A stretch of 64,000 nucleotides of DNA, taken from contig CAYPYS010000002.1 in assembly GCA_964415355.1 (NCBI GenBank), positions 74,475-138,474 on the forward strand. The letters are read 5' to 3'. Origin of the DNA: an uncultured Planctomycetia bacterium. GTDB taxonomy: Bacteria > Omnitrophota > Gorgyraeia > Gorgyraeales > Gorgyraeaceae. Under the pieces are notes generated by a model that was given only the letters and a program-made list of their open reading frames with translations, was not told the DNA's origin and made no database searches. Every line of letters begins with the position of its first letter. Position 1 is the stretch's first letter. The translations under genes and the position numbers were made by a program. Positions 9,350-18,176 of the stretch are shown in pieces.

Positions 9350-9825
9350 TCTTTGACCACCTTTAGCTTGTTTAAATGCGTTAGTAATATGGCTTCTGAT
9401 TCAGGAGCTATCTTTATAAATTTTATCCCTACGTAAAACAGGCGCCTGCCTCGCTCATCCTGAGACTGCATGTCCTTTATCCACATAACCTGTCCTATAA
9501 ACTTCACGGGCTTTGAAAACCCGGGGACCTCTACCTCTAGATCAAGATGTTTCTTTTCATTAAGTTTTTCATAGGTCAGAAGACAGAGTCCTTTTTTTGA
9601 AAGATTTATAGTCTTGGATTCCTGGAAACGGGGCGCTTTGGGCAATAGATTGTATCCGATCTTAAGGTTCTCATCAAACCTGACATACATCCTTCTTTCC
9701 CTCAGCTCCCAGAATTTCCTGGCCAGGCCATGGGTAGTGCTTTTTTTAAGCCTTTTCTCCTCGTTTTTTAGCAGGATCAATATTATACATAAAAATATCA
9801 GTAAGGTTGAATAAAATAAATACAT
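9346..9825 (-). CDS. Membrane-anchored PilZ-domain protein
   Basis: N-terminal TM; RMYVR and NLSKKG motifs. Confidence 0.85.
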   Translation of the reverse strand: MYLFYSTLLIFLCIILILLKNEEKRLKKSTTHGLARKFWELRERRMYVRFDENLKIGYNLLPKAPRFQESKTINLSKKGLCLLTYEKLNEKKHLDLEVEVPGFSKPVKFIGQVMWIKDMQSQDERGRRLFYVGIKFIKIAPESEAILLTHLNKLKVVKD

Positions 9826-9827
9826 CT

Positions 9828-10907
9828 CTATACCTCGACCAGTTCGTATTGACTCGACCCTAATTTTATTTTTTCACCGTAATTTATTTGTATCGAGGGA
9901 TCTATTTCAGGAAAGATTTCTTTGAATTTACCCATGCCTATCAGGTCAATGCTCGCTTTGTCTATTGCGACAGGGTCGAGCCCGCCTATTATTCCGATAT
10001 CTTGCGTGATAGGGGTTTCGTTTTTTGACATACAGTCACAATTCTTGGTTATATTATATAATAAGTTCATGTACGCTATCTTGGAATTCAGCGCCTTTTT
10101 TACCCCTAGGGCATATTCTACCATCTTTTCCTGGAATTTTGCAACATTTTCGTCATATTTTATCTCGATCGCGCCTGTCCGGCAGATCACAGTGCATTCT
10201 CCGCAGCCAATGCATCTTTCCTTTACCAATATGGCCTTTTTCTTTTTTATGCCTATGGCGTTGGCTGGACAGATATCCATGCATGAGCCGCAGCCGATGC
10301 ATTTATCGGCTGTTATCTCAGGGATGGTCTTGGAATGCTGCTGTAGCTTGCCGGCGCGGGAAGCGCAGCCCATGCCGAGGTTTTTAAGGGCTCCTGCGAA
10401 GCCTGTTTGCATGTGACCTGTTATGTGGGAAAGGCATGCAAGGGAGTCACTTTCGCATATCCCTTTCGCCAGCTTAACGTTTTCAAAATGATCGCCCTGG
10501 ATCGGCACATTCTTGGTGTCCCTGCCCAGAAGGCCGTCGCCTATTATTATAGGAATGCCCAGGCTTTGTAAGCTGAATCCATGTTTGTGCGCGACATTGA
10601 GATGACCGACAGCGTTTGATCTTTTTTCTCTATAGAGCGTATTTGTCTCAGCGACGAATAGATTTTCTGTTTTTTGTTCTTTGAGATACCTTATTAAATC
10701 CAGAAGCCAGTCAGGCTTGATGTAGCCTGAGGTCCCCTCTTCGCCGAAGGTCAGTTTTATCGCAAGAAAATCACCTTTATTGACGAGTCCCGGGGTTTCT
10801 ATTTGTTGCCAGACAGACAGGAGGGCCCTTCCTACCTCGTCTTTTGCTGACCAATCATTGATCCTTTTAAGATATACCTTTGTTTTTTCTGTCTTGGGCT
10901 TCTGCAA
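9828..10907 (-). CDS. DUF362 protein with 2x[4Fe-4S] ferredoxin domain
   Basis: GALKNLGMG, two CxxCxxCxxxC motifs, CDC, DPVAID. Confidence 0.85.
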   Translation of the reverse strand: MQKPKTEKTKVYLKRINDWSAKDEVGRALLSVWQQIETPGLVNKGDFLAIKLTFGEEGTSGYIKPDWLLDLIRYLKEQKTENLFVAETNTLYREKRSNAVGHLNVAHKHGFSLQSLGIPIIIGDGLLGRDTKNVPIQGDHFENVKLAKGICESDSLACLSHITGHMQTGFAGALKNLGMGCASRAGKLQQHSKTIPEITADKCIGCGSCMDICPANAIGIKKKKAILVKERCIGCGECTVICRTGAIEIKYDENVAKFQEKMVEYALGVKKALNSKIAYMNLLYNITKNCDCMSKNETPITQDIGIIGGLDPVAIDKASIDLIGMGKFKEIFPEIDPSIQINYGEKIKLGSSQYELVEV

Positions 10908-11982
10908 ATGCTATCCTCCTTGAGATCGGCGGATGGTTATACAGGATTATCTCGTAGAATTTACCGGGAGCTACATCCGAAAGATTTTGAGATGCTAATT
11001 TTTTCATGGTAGATATAAATCCGCCTTTATTTTTTGTGATATCCAGAGCAAACATATCCGCATCGCGCTCCAGCCTTCTTGAATACGAGTTCTGTATCGG
11101 TGTGGAGATTATGTTCAATGACGTGATAATGGCGTAGATCATCACCAGCGATTCGAAATCAAAAAGACGCGCGTAATTCAGGGTATTGTGCAACGTCAGG
11201 AAAAGGTAGTTTGAAATAAAAAACGTTAAAAGCGTCGCAATGCCACTGAATGCAATGGATTTTAATATGTGTTTTAATTTGTGATGCCCCAGCTCGTGAG
11301 CCATCACGACTTCTATTTCCTTGTCGTCAAAGTTTTTAAGCAGCGTGTCGCATAATACTATTCTTTTTTGTCTGCCCAGGCCCATAAGAGCCGCGTTAGC
11401 TTTTTTTGTATCCTTGCTTATGTTCAACTCGTACACACCCTCAGTTTTAAAGCCTACTCTTGACGATAGCCGCATGAGTTTTTGTTTCAAGTTTTCGTTT
11501 TTAATGGGAGAGTATTTATAGAATAGCGGGATTATGAAGATGGGGAAAAACTTGGCGATCAATATAGAAATGAAAAACCAGAGCACCGCGGTCAGCAGCC
11601 ACCAATGCAATGGCCAATACCTCAGGAATACGTATAGCGATACAACAAATGGTATGCTGAGAACAAAAGAAATCGCGTATTTTTTGACTTCTCTGTTTAA
11701 CCAGGTCTTAAATGTCTGATTTGAAAGGGAAAATTTATGCTCTAGCGTGAAACCTGCGTAGTGCGCGAGAGGCAAGGTTATGATCGTGTAAAATAGGCTT
11801 GTAATCGCGTAAAAAATAAGTAGGGCCAGATAACTATTAGAGGTAAAGGATTGCGCGATTAACCTTATGTATACAGGGATGCCAGAAAACACAAAGGCGA
11901 ACAACAGGATAGGGTGTAATAAAATATTTAATATGCCCAATATGTGTTTTTGCCTTGAATAGGCCTTTGCCTTATCTTGCAT
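10867..11982 (-). CDS. Ste24/M48A membrane metalloprotease
   Basis: ANAALMG, HELGH, ERDAD, HPP motifs; multi-TM. Confidence 0.9.
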   Translation of the reverse strand: MQDKAKAYSRQKHILGILNILLHPILLFAFVFSGIPVYIRLIAQSFTSNSYLALLIFYAITSLFYTIITLPLAHYAGFTLEHKFSLSNQTFKTWLNREVKKYAISFVLSIPFVVSLYVFLRYWPLHWWLLTAVLWFFISILIAKFFPIFIIPLFYKYSPIKNENLKQKLMRLSSRVGFKTEGVYELNISKDTKKANAALMGLGRQKRIVLCDTLLKNFDDKEIEVVMAHELGHHKLKHILKSIAFSGIATLLTFFISNYLFLTLHNTLNYARLFDFESLVMIYAIITSLNIISTPIQNSYSRRLERDADMFALDITKNKGGFISTMKKLASQNLSDVAPGKFYEIILYNHPPISRRIAFAEAQDRKNKGIS

Positions 11983-12512
11983 CAGCGTTTTTCCATGTAG
12001 ATATTTCTAATAGCGTTGAGGGCATCTATGTATTCCCTGGCCCTGTAGTCAGGATACGTCCAGTCTGTTGGTTGAAAGCCTGATTTTCTCCACATTAGCG
12101 TTACTTCGCCGTATATGCCGTCTCTCAGATAGAGTCTGTGGCAGTAATCTTTTGTTGTGGCAAGGACGAATTTCGAATCAGACAGGTATCCTGGATCTAT
12201 GTTTATGCGTCTCTTTACTCCGCCATTTTTCTTTACAGAGAGATCGTCCTCGAGAGAGTTTGTGGCGAGTTTTATCTGCGGCAGGCGTTCCGGTGATATG
12301 CGCTCTTTAAAAGAGATGAATTTTCTATTCAGCGGGTGCCCCATCTCTTCTTTGTAATAATCTGTATATTTAAATGGGATCAAGGAGCTCTTATAGTCAG
12401 TAGGCCCGAATTCTTTAATAAAAAACTCTTCGATATCGTCGAAGAGTTTTTTATTTTTTGCCAACATGCCTATGACTAATTTGACTTGCTGAGGAATCTT
12501 TGTTTTCCCCAT
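11982..12512 (-). CDS. DUF4416 family protein
   Basis: TDYYKEEMG, RRINIDPGY, WTYPDY. Confidence 0.85.
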   Translation of the reverse strand: MGKTKIPQQVKLVIGMLAKNKKLFDDIEEFFIKEFGPTDYKSSLIPFKYTDYYKEEMGHPLNRKFISFKERISPERLPQIKLATNSLEDDLSVKKNGGVKRRINIDPGYLSDSKFVLATTKDYCHRLYLRDGIYGEVTLMWRKSGFQPTDWTYPDYRAREYIDALNAIRNIYMEKR

Positions 12513-12519
12513 ATCGTGT

Positions 12520-13002
12520 TTATAATTTATAGCCTATTTTTCTTAACAGTTCTTTTCTCTTCCCGACTTCTTCTTCGCCTTCTATTCCTTTAGGCGCTGA
12601 ACCATCCACCACGCCCAGTATGCATTTGCCCTGCTCGGTCTCCGAGACAATGACCTCTATATTGTTTGCAGTGGCGCAATATATGGAACATACCTCGGGC
12701 ACGTTTTTTATCGCCCTGAGCACGTTTACGGGATAGGCGTCTTTCATGATGATTATAAATGAATGCCCTGCGCCGATATCCAGAGCGTTTTTCGCGGCTA
12801 TTTTTTTAAGATCATCATCGTTGCCTTCGCATCTTACCAGGCACGGACCCGATGCCTCACAAAACCCAACACCAAATTTTATATTAGGCACGGAATTTAC
12901 CATGGCCTCATATATATCTTCCGCTGTTTTAATGAAATGCGCCTGGCCTATGATCGCATTCGCGTTTTTTGGTACGTCTATTTTTACGACTTTTGTTTTC
13001 AT
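12520..13002 (-). CDS. Adenosine-specific kinase family protein (DUF355)
   Basis: GQAHFIKT, FCEASG, PEVCSIYCATAN, IGYKL. Confidence 0.85.
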   Translation of the reverse strand: MKTKVVKIDVPKNANAIIGQAHFIKTAEDIYEAMVNSVPNIKFGVGFCEASGPCLVRCEGNDDDLKKIAAKNALDIGAGHSFIIIMKDAYPVNVLRAIKNVPEVCSIYCATANNIEVIVSETEQGKCILGVVDGSAPKGIEGEEEVGKRKELLRKIGYKL

Positions 13003-13011
13003 TTTTAAGGC

Positions 13012-13050
13012 CTAAGTTTACACTTTAACGTTGTTGAAATGTAAAGTTAG
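13012..13050. repeat. Palindrome family A copy; supplies stop of 13047..13448
   Basis: CTAAGTTTACACTTTAACGTTGTTGAAATGTAAAGTTAG. Confidence 0.95.
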
Positions 13051-13448
13051 GAGAGTTTTATGTCGACTTCCTTGATCGTTCCAGGATTAGCGCTTCCTGA
13101 TTCTACGTAGGACTCCAGGGCCTTCCTGTCCTTTTCGGAAATGTCCGTAAAGAATATGGCGGTGTTATGGTGCGCCTTGTCAGTGTTTTTCAATATTACG
13201 GGTTCTGTCCTGACCACGACCCCCTTGCACCTTATTTTTTTAGCCTGCTTGGGCCTAGAGCTATTTTTCTGCGGCACCATAAGCACTACTTCTATCTTGG
13301 ACATCAGCGGAAGCAGCCTTGTCACCCTGCAGTATATCCCGCTTGAACTTACATCCACGGTCTCCGTGATTATGTCGAATGCCTTGTCGGCGATCTTGAG
13401 CGGGAGGCTGCCTTTTGCCCTGAGATGTTTTCTGCGCTCTTCTATCAT
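13047..13448 (-). CDS. PilZ-domain protein
   Basis: RKHLR and DVSSSG motifs. Confidence 0.85.
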   Translation of the reverse strand: MIEERRKHLRAKGSLPLKIADKAFDIITETVDVSSSGIYCRVTRLLPLMSKIEVVLMVPQKNSSRPKQAKKIRCKGVVVRTEPVILKNTDKAHHNTAIFFTDISEKDRKALESYVESGSANPGTIKEVDIKLS

Positions 13449-13455
13449 GATTTCT

Positions 13456-13890
13456 CTATGCCTTCTTCTCTTCTTTTTTAGCTTCTGCTTTTTTCTTGTC
13501 CTGGTCTGCCAGCTTCCAGCATCTTTTGCTGCAGTAATAGCCGTTGTTCCTGTAATACCAGGATTTTCTTTTCAGGTGTTTGTTGCATTTCATGCAGTTG
13601 GTCGGTTTTTCAATTACCTGAGGTTCTTTTGGTTCTTTCTTTTCTTTAGCAGGCGCCTTTGGCGTTTCTTTGGGGGTCTCCTGAGGGGTCTCCTTGGGAG
13701 CTTCTTTGGAAGTCTCTTTAGGCGCCTCTTTGGGCGTTTCTTTGGTGGTTTCTTTTGTTGGTTCTTCAGCCGGAGCCGGTTCTTTCTTTGCTTCTTCTTT
13801 CTTGGGCTCTGCCTTTGCCTCTTCAGGCGCCTTTACTTCTTCCTGTTTTTCTTCCTGAGGCTGCTTAGCTTCTTTTGCTTCGTCTGCCAT
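13456..13890 (-). CDS. Low-complexity (KETP)n protein with C-terminal CxxC...CxxxC zinc finger
   Basis: KETTKETPKEAPKETSKEAPKETPQETPKETPK; CMKC...YCSKRCW; GGAGG SD. Confidence 0.75.
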   Translation of the reverse strand: MADEAKEAKQPQEEKQEEVKAPEEAKAEPKKEEAKKEPAPAEEPTKETTKETPKEAPKETSKEAPKETPQETPKETPKAPAKEKKEPKEPQVIEKPTNCMKCNKHLKRKSWYYRNNGYYCSKRCWKLADQDKKKAEAKKEEKKA

Positions 13891-14545
13891 GATTTATCCT
13901 CCGAATCGGGCATTTAGTGCACATAGGATTCTTTGAGCTGCAAAATTCTTTACCTAGTTCCACTATAAGGGCATGGAATTCGTTATACAGTTTTACGTCT
14001 TTAGGAAGGTTATCCTGAAAAAGTTGTTGCCATCCCTCGTATTCTGCTTCCTGGGCTGCAAAGCCATGCCTTGAAAATACCCTTTTCGTGTAGGCATCAA
14101 CAACAAATACAGGTTTTCCTCCCGCATACAGGAGTATGCTGTCGGCCGTCTCCGGTCCGATCCCTTTTATCCCAAGAAGCTCGCTTCTTAGCTTCCGGGT
14201 TTTCGTTTTGAGCATTCGGTCCAGGTTGCCTCTGTATTCAGCATTCAGAAAGCTCAAAAAATTCTTTACGCGATTAGATTTTATGTTGTAATATCCGGCC
14301 GGCTTTATCAGCTTTGCAAGTTTCTTTTCCGATATGCGCGTAAGCGGCCCTAACTTTAAGATCCTTTCCCTTTTTAGGTTTTTAATCGCTTTTTCGACAT
14401 TTTTCCAGGCTGTATTCTGAGTAAGGATAGCCCCTAAAATTATTTCTAATCTCGTGTCGCCCGGCCACCAATGTCTCGCCCCGAATTTTTCATAGAGCAG
14501 GTTATATATTTTTAAAAGCGATTTAGAGCAGCTGGTGTCTTTCAA
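13865..14545 (-). CDS. Endonuclease III-like HhH-GPD protein
   Basis: GAILTQNTAW, GIGPETADSILLY, VDAYT, terminal Cys cluster. Confidence 0.9.
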   Translation of the reverse strand: MKDTSCSKSLLKIYNLLYEKFGARHWWPGDTRLEIILGAILTQNTAWKNVEKAIKNLKRERILKLGPLTRISEKKLAKLIKPAGYYNIKSNRVKNFLSFLNAEYRGNLDRMLKTKTRKLRSELLGIKGIGPETADSILLYAGGKPVFVVDAYTKRVFSRHGFAAQEAEYEGWQQLFQDNLPKDVKLYNEFHALIVELGKEFCSSKNPMCTKCPIRRINHGRRSKRS

Positions 14546-15402
14546 TGCTCTGAGCGTTCTTTTATTTTAGCAGCTATATCAGTCATCTCTTTGCAGTATC
14601 TGGAATTTATTGCAACAGGAGCTTTTACGCGTTTTTCCTTTTGAGTATGCTCCTTAAAGGCTGACATCGTAAGCATTGTTGAATTTTCATTCCCTGTTAT
14701 ATTCACGGACAGCGTAAGCCTGTGGTCTATTTTAGCGGTTGCATCTGACCATAACTCGCTTATTAAAGAGAGCTGGATAGGCTTATAGGCCAAGAGCGCG
14801 CCTATTCCCCTGTTTGATGAGGTGATTAAATAACCATTTTCTCTTAGGAGCAGGGATGCGTAGGAGAAAACTGTCCCAGGGTCTTTACCTATGGTTGTTT
14901 CTACGGTGTATCCTTTTTGGTAGACCGCGGATCGAGAGAACGAGTCGGGTATCTCCGTGGTCGTCTTTTCTTCCCCTCCAGGACCCAAATACGTCCAGCC
15001 CCCTGCCTTTCTTCTTGCTGCCGGTCTTCCTTTGCTTTTAGGGCCCAGATGCGTCCATTCTCCCGCTTCTTTTTTCTCGTATATTTTTTTTGGTTCTTCT
15101 TTGTAAATGATTATATCGTCGCCTTCCTGTATTTCCTTTCCCTGGCTTACATTCAGCACTTCTGCAGCAGATACATTTTTTAGCGCCTCGACGACATATG
15201 CATCGGCGATCTTTTCGAGGTCCCTGTGAACGATAAGCCCGTCACCCAGCTCTATCCCCTCGTCTGCGCCGGCTTTTATTATAAAAAATTCCTGTTCAGG
15301 GTCAACGCTCATGACTTCTGATTCGATCTCTGTTTCTGCAGAGAATGAATAAGAAACAGTGGAGGCTAAAAATAATAATAGAATCAATGAAATTTTTTTC
15401 AT
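14542..15402 (-). CDS. Exported hypothetical protein
   Basis: Signal peptide; 286 aa; ATGA coupling to the downstream gene. Confidence 0.7.
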   Translation of the reverse strand: MKKISLILLLFLASTVSYSFSAETEIESEVMSVDPEQEFFIIKAGADEGIELGDGLIVHRDLEKIADAYVVEALKNVSAAEVLNVSQGKEIQEGDDIIIYKEEPKKIYEKKEAGEWTHLGPKSKGRPAARRKAGGWTYLGPGGEEKTTTEIPDSFSRSAVYQKGYTVETTIGKDPGTVFSYASLLLRENGYLITSSNRGIGALLAYKPIQLSLISELWSDATAKIDHRLTLSVNITGNENSTMLTMSAFKEHTQKEKRVKAPVAINSRYCKEMTDIAAKIKERSEH

Positions 15403-15410
15403 CAGGTGTC

Positions 15411-15439
15411 ATTGTAATACAGAATCATATAGAACTCAA
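15411..15439 (-). promoter_or_regulatory. sigma70-type promoter
   Basis: TTGAGT-N17-TACAAT, 8 nt before ATG 15402. Confidence 0.5.
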
Positions 15440-15448
15440 GCAAAATTT

Positions 15449-15487
15449 TCAACTTTACATTTCAACAACGTTAAAGTGTAAACTTAG
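15449..15487. repeat. Palindrome family A copy
   Basis: TCAACTTTACATTTCAACAACGTTAAAGTGTAAACTTAG. Confidence 0.9.
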
Positions 15488-15507
15488 AGAGGATTCGGAA
15501 GGGTTGC

Positions 15508-15900
15508 TTAGTGGATGGAGTACTTGCAGCCTTTGTCGAAAGCGTTTTTGAAGTCGTATCTGTTGTTAAAGTCTAATTTTGAATCTTGTTCTGTCTTCCC
15601 GAGGATGCCGGCGTTTATCATATTGAACACTATCTCGCCAAAATCATTAGTTGTCTTTATGCCCCAGTGCTCAAAGACTATCCTTGCCATGGGTCCAAAC
15701 TGCTCAAGGGCGTAGTCTTTTATCCCGTCAAGAAGTTCCTGCCCGCTTACATGCCCTTTTCTCTTAAGCTTTTTGCTGGTATGGGTCAGCGCGGACATGA
15801 CAAAGGAATACGATTCCGGGTCGTATCTCTTGTCTTTGGTCAGAACCTTCAGTAATGCATATATCTTATTTATGCTGAATTTGCTGCTTCTCTCGCCCAT
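15508..15900 (-). CDS. Minf_1886-family protein (PVC-associated)
   Basis: DKRY...YSFV..AL, HVSGQELL, FGPMA..VF..WGI..T.DFGEIVFN; start placed at ATG 15900 after the promoter. Confidence 0.8.
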   Translation of the reverse strand: MGERSSKFSINKIYALLKVLTKDKRYDPESYSFVMSALTHTSKKLKRKGHVSGQELLDGIKDYALEQFGPMARIVFEHWGIKTTNDFGEIVFNMINAGILGKTEQDSKLDFNNRYDFKNAFDKGCKYSIH

Positions 15901-15910
15901 AGTTCTACAA

Positions 15911-15939
15911 AGTATACCTGTCGATAGCTTATTTGTCAA
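15911..15939 (-). promoter_or_regulatory. sigma70-type promoter
   Basis: TTGACA-N17-TATACT. Confidence 0.7.
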
Positions 15940-15951
15940 GGCGATGAGAAG

Positions 15952-16251
15952 TTAGATAGTTATAGGGGGGCCTAAGAATTTCGCGCCCACAGAAAACCTT
16001 TCAGAATACGGCTGGCTCGATGCCCAGACAACTTCCCCTACTGCTTTTATGTAGCTCTTGGTCTCCGGGTGCTGGACTTCGAATATCAGGTGGGTGCGAA
16101 TAGGAAAATACTCGTTCGAGATAAAGCCTATACCGTTTTGGCTTATATCCCGTCCTATCGAATTGCCGAATCTTTGGGAGCCTTTTCTCTGGTAGCGGAT
16201 AGCGCAGGATAGCGGGATCCTCATTGATTCTCTTTTGTCAATAGCTTTCAT
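15952..16251 (-). CDS. PilZ-domain protein
   Basis: RESMR and DISQNG motifs. Confidence 0.85.
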   Translation of the reverse strand: MKAIDKRESMRIPLSCAIRYQRKGSQRFGNSIGRDISQNGIGFISNEYFPIRTHLIFEVQHPETKSYIKAVGEVVWASSQPYSERFSVGAKFLGPPITI

Positions 16252-16257
16252 GACATC

Positions 16258-16286
16258 ATTCTAACACATAACTTATTGCTTGTCAA
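16258..16286 (-). promoter_or_regulatory. sigma70-type promoter (probably leaderless)
   Basis: TTGACA-N17-TAGAAT with TGn extension, 6 nt before ATG 16251. Confidence 0.7.
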
Positions 16287-16657
16287 GAAGTTATAGTCTG
16301 TTGCGCTGATTCCCCGAGGATCTTTTTTACTATTACGTCTATCCTTTCCGCGTCATCTTTCTTTAAATTAGTGAATTCTATGCCTGTGTCATATAGTTTA
16401 TTATTTTGCTGTTTTTTCTCTACTATCCACACTATGGCCCCGTCGCATTGAATGGCCGGCTTATTGTCTAATATATCAAGCTGTATCTCAACGGGTGCGA
16501 ATATCCCAAGGTCTTTAGGGAGCACAGTGCATATGCCTCCTATGCCTATGTTCTGTGTTTGCGAAGACAACATGTCTGACCTGTCTTTTCTTCTTACGGT
16601 TATTTTGCACGGGTATTCAGCTCTTGGAAACTTACGCTTGTTGATACCACTCCACAT
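16283..16657 (-). CDS. PilZ-domain protein
   Basis: RKFPR and NIGIGG motifs. Confidence 0.85.
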   Translation of the reverse strand: MWSGINKRKFPRAEYPCKITVRRKDRSDMLSSQTQNIGIGGICTVLPKDLGIFAPVEIQLDILDNKPAIQCDGAIVWIVEKKQQNNKLYDTGIEFTNLKKDDAERIDVIVKKILGESAQQTITS

Positions 16658-16684
16658 CTGATCCTCCTTTTGTTAGTAAATGAT

Positions 16685-16713
16685 ATTATAATCGAACTGG
16701 CCGGGTTATTCAA
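16685..16713 (-). promoter_or_regulatory. sigma70-type promoter
   Basis: TTGAAT-N17-TATAAT. Confidence 0.6.
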
Positions 16714-16728
16714 GGAAGAAATAAACCT

Positions 16729-16767
16729 CTAACTTTACACTTTAACGTTGTTGAAGTGTAAAGTTAA
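16729..16767. repeat. Palindrome family A copy between divergent promoters
   Basis: CTAACTTTACACTTTAACGTTGTTGAAGTGTAAAGTTAA. Confidence 0.95.
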
Positions 16768-16774
16768 TTTTTAA

Positions 16775-16803
16775 TTGCTACGTATTGGCAATGGTGCTAT
16801 AAT
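16775..16803 (+). promoter_or_regulatory. sigma70-type promoter of the exeA-like gene
   Basis: TTGCTA-N17-TATAAT with TGn, 8 nt before ATG. Confidence 0.6.
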
Positions 16804-16811
16804 TACGCTGT

Positions 16812-17624
16812 ATGTATCTCCATTATTATGACCTCAAAGAAAAGCCTTTTAGCGTAACAGCCGATCCTAATTTTCTCTATCTCAGCAAAAAGCACCAGGA
16901 AGCTATCTCTCACATGCAATATGGCATAAGCGAACGCATGGGTTTTTTGGAGATCTCCGGAGAGATAGGCACCGGGAAAACTACGGTATGCAAGGCCCTG
17001 CTGAATACCCTTGACGAGCACACGAAAACAGCGTTTATTCTAAATTCCAATCTTTCCGAGATACAGCTTATACAGGCCGTGGTCGAAGATCTTGGCATAC
17101 GCTTGAAGAATAAAAATAAGTTTACGATGATCAGCGAGCTGAACAGGTTTTTATTGGAACAGTTGAGTCATGACAATAATGTCGTGCTCATCATAGACGA
17201 GGCCCAGAACCTATCCCTCAGATTACTCGAGCAGGTCCGCTTATTGTCGAATCTCGAGACCGAAAAAGAGAAATTATTGCAGATAATCCTGGTCGGACAG
17301 CCTGAATTGCGGGAAAGGCTGGCATCGAAAAAACTTACGCAGCTGAGGCAGAGGATCGCTATAAGATATCACATGCTGCCACTGGACAAGGGTGAAGTCG
17401 AGGGGTATATGAGCCACAGGCTTAATATAGCCGGTTCTAACGGCAGGAGGTTTTTTGAGCAGGACGCAGTGGAAGAAGTGTTTAATTTTTCCAGAGGCAT
17501 TCCAAGGCTGATTAATATCATATGCGACAAGGCTCTCCTGGCGGGATTCGTATTCAAGAAAAAATCCATACGGGCGGACGCGATAAAGAAATGCGCCAAA
17601 GAGATAGAAGGCATTTTTGATTGA
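16812..17624 (+). CDS. ExeA/GspA-type AAA ATPase (no peptidoglycan-binding C-terminal domain)
   Basis: MY..YY.L.EKPFS.TADP, GEIGTGKT, IIDEAQNL, LVGQPEL, GIPRLIN. Confidence 0.9.
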   Translation: MYLHYYDLKEKPFSVTADPNFLYLSKKHQEAISHMQYGISERMGFLEISGEIGTGKTTVCKALLNTLDEHTKTAFILNSNLSEIQLIQAVVEDLGIRLKNKNKFTMISELNRFLLEQLSHDNNVVLIIDEAQNLSLRLLEQVRLLSNLETEKEKLLQIILVGQPELRERLASKKLTQLRQRIAIRYHMLPLDKGEVEGYMSHRLNIAGSNGRRFFEQDAVEEVFNFSRGIPRLINIICDKALLAGFVFKKKSIRADAIKKCAKEIEGIFD

Positions 17625-17636
17625 TAGAAGGATCTT

Positions 17637-18176
17637 ATGAGCATAATAAACGACGCCATTAAAAAAGCGAGAAAAGAATTTGAAATAAAAAGCGAAAGTA
17701 TTGTCGGGCCTGCTAATTTTGGTCAAGGCAAAGAAGTAGCTACGGCGGGACCTAAGGCTACAGAGGTAAAATGGATAATAGTGGTCGTTGTATCACTTGT
17801 GTTTATTATTGTATTATTGGGCTCTATGTTCCTGTACAGGTATATGTCAAGAATAAATGCAGCAGATATTGATCTTGCGCCAAATAAGGCCGCTATTAGC
17901 AAAACCGTTCCAAAGAAAGAAGTAACCAGGGCCCCCGCGAATGATAAACGCTACAAAAGAACCAAGCCAAAGCCAAGCCCGCTCAGCAAAAGAACCATTG
18001 GTATAATAGAATTAAACGGGATCGTCCATGGACCGGAAGGCAAATGGGCGATTATAAATGATAGGATAACCAGGGAAGGCGATTCTGTCCCGAACGGAAA
18101 ACTTTCTCATATAGCGGAACGTTTTGTGAAGATTAAGATGGATAATGGCGAAGAAATTACTCTGGAGCTGAGGTAG
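17637..18176 (+). CDS. GspB/ExeB-like membrane-anchored protein
   Basis: MSIINDAIKKA start, TM helix, C-terminal LNGIV...WAIIND...EGD motif; follows ExeA. Confidence 0.65.
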   Translation: MSIINDAIKKARKEFEIKSESIVGPANFGQGKEVATAGPKATEVKWIIVVVVSLVFIIVLLGSMFLYRYMSRINAADIDLAPNKAAISKTVPKKEVTRAPANDKRYKRTKPKPSPLSKRTIGIIELNGIVHGPEGKWAIINDRITREGDSVPNGKLSHIAERFVKIKMDNGEEITLELR

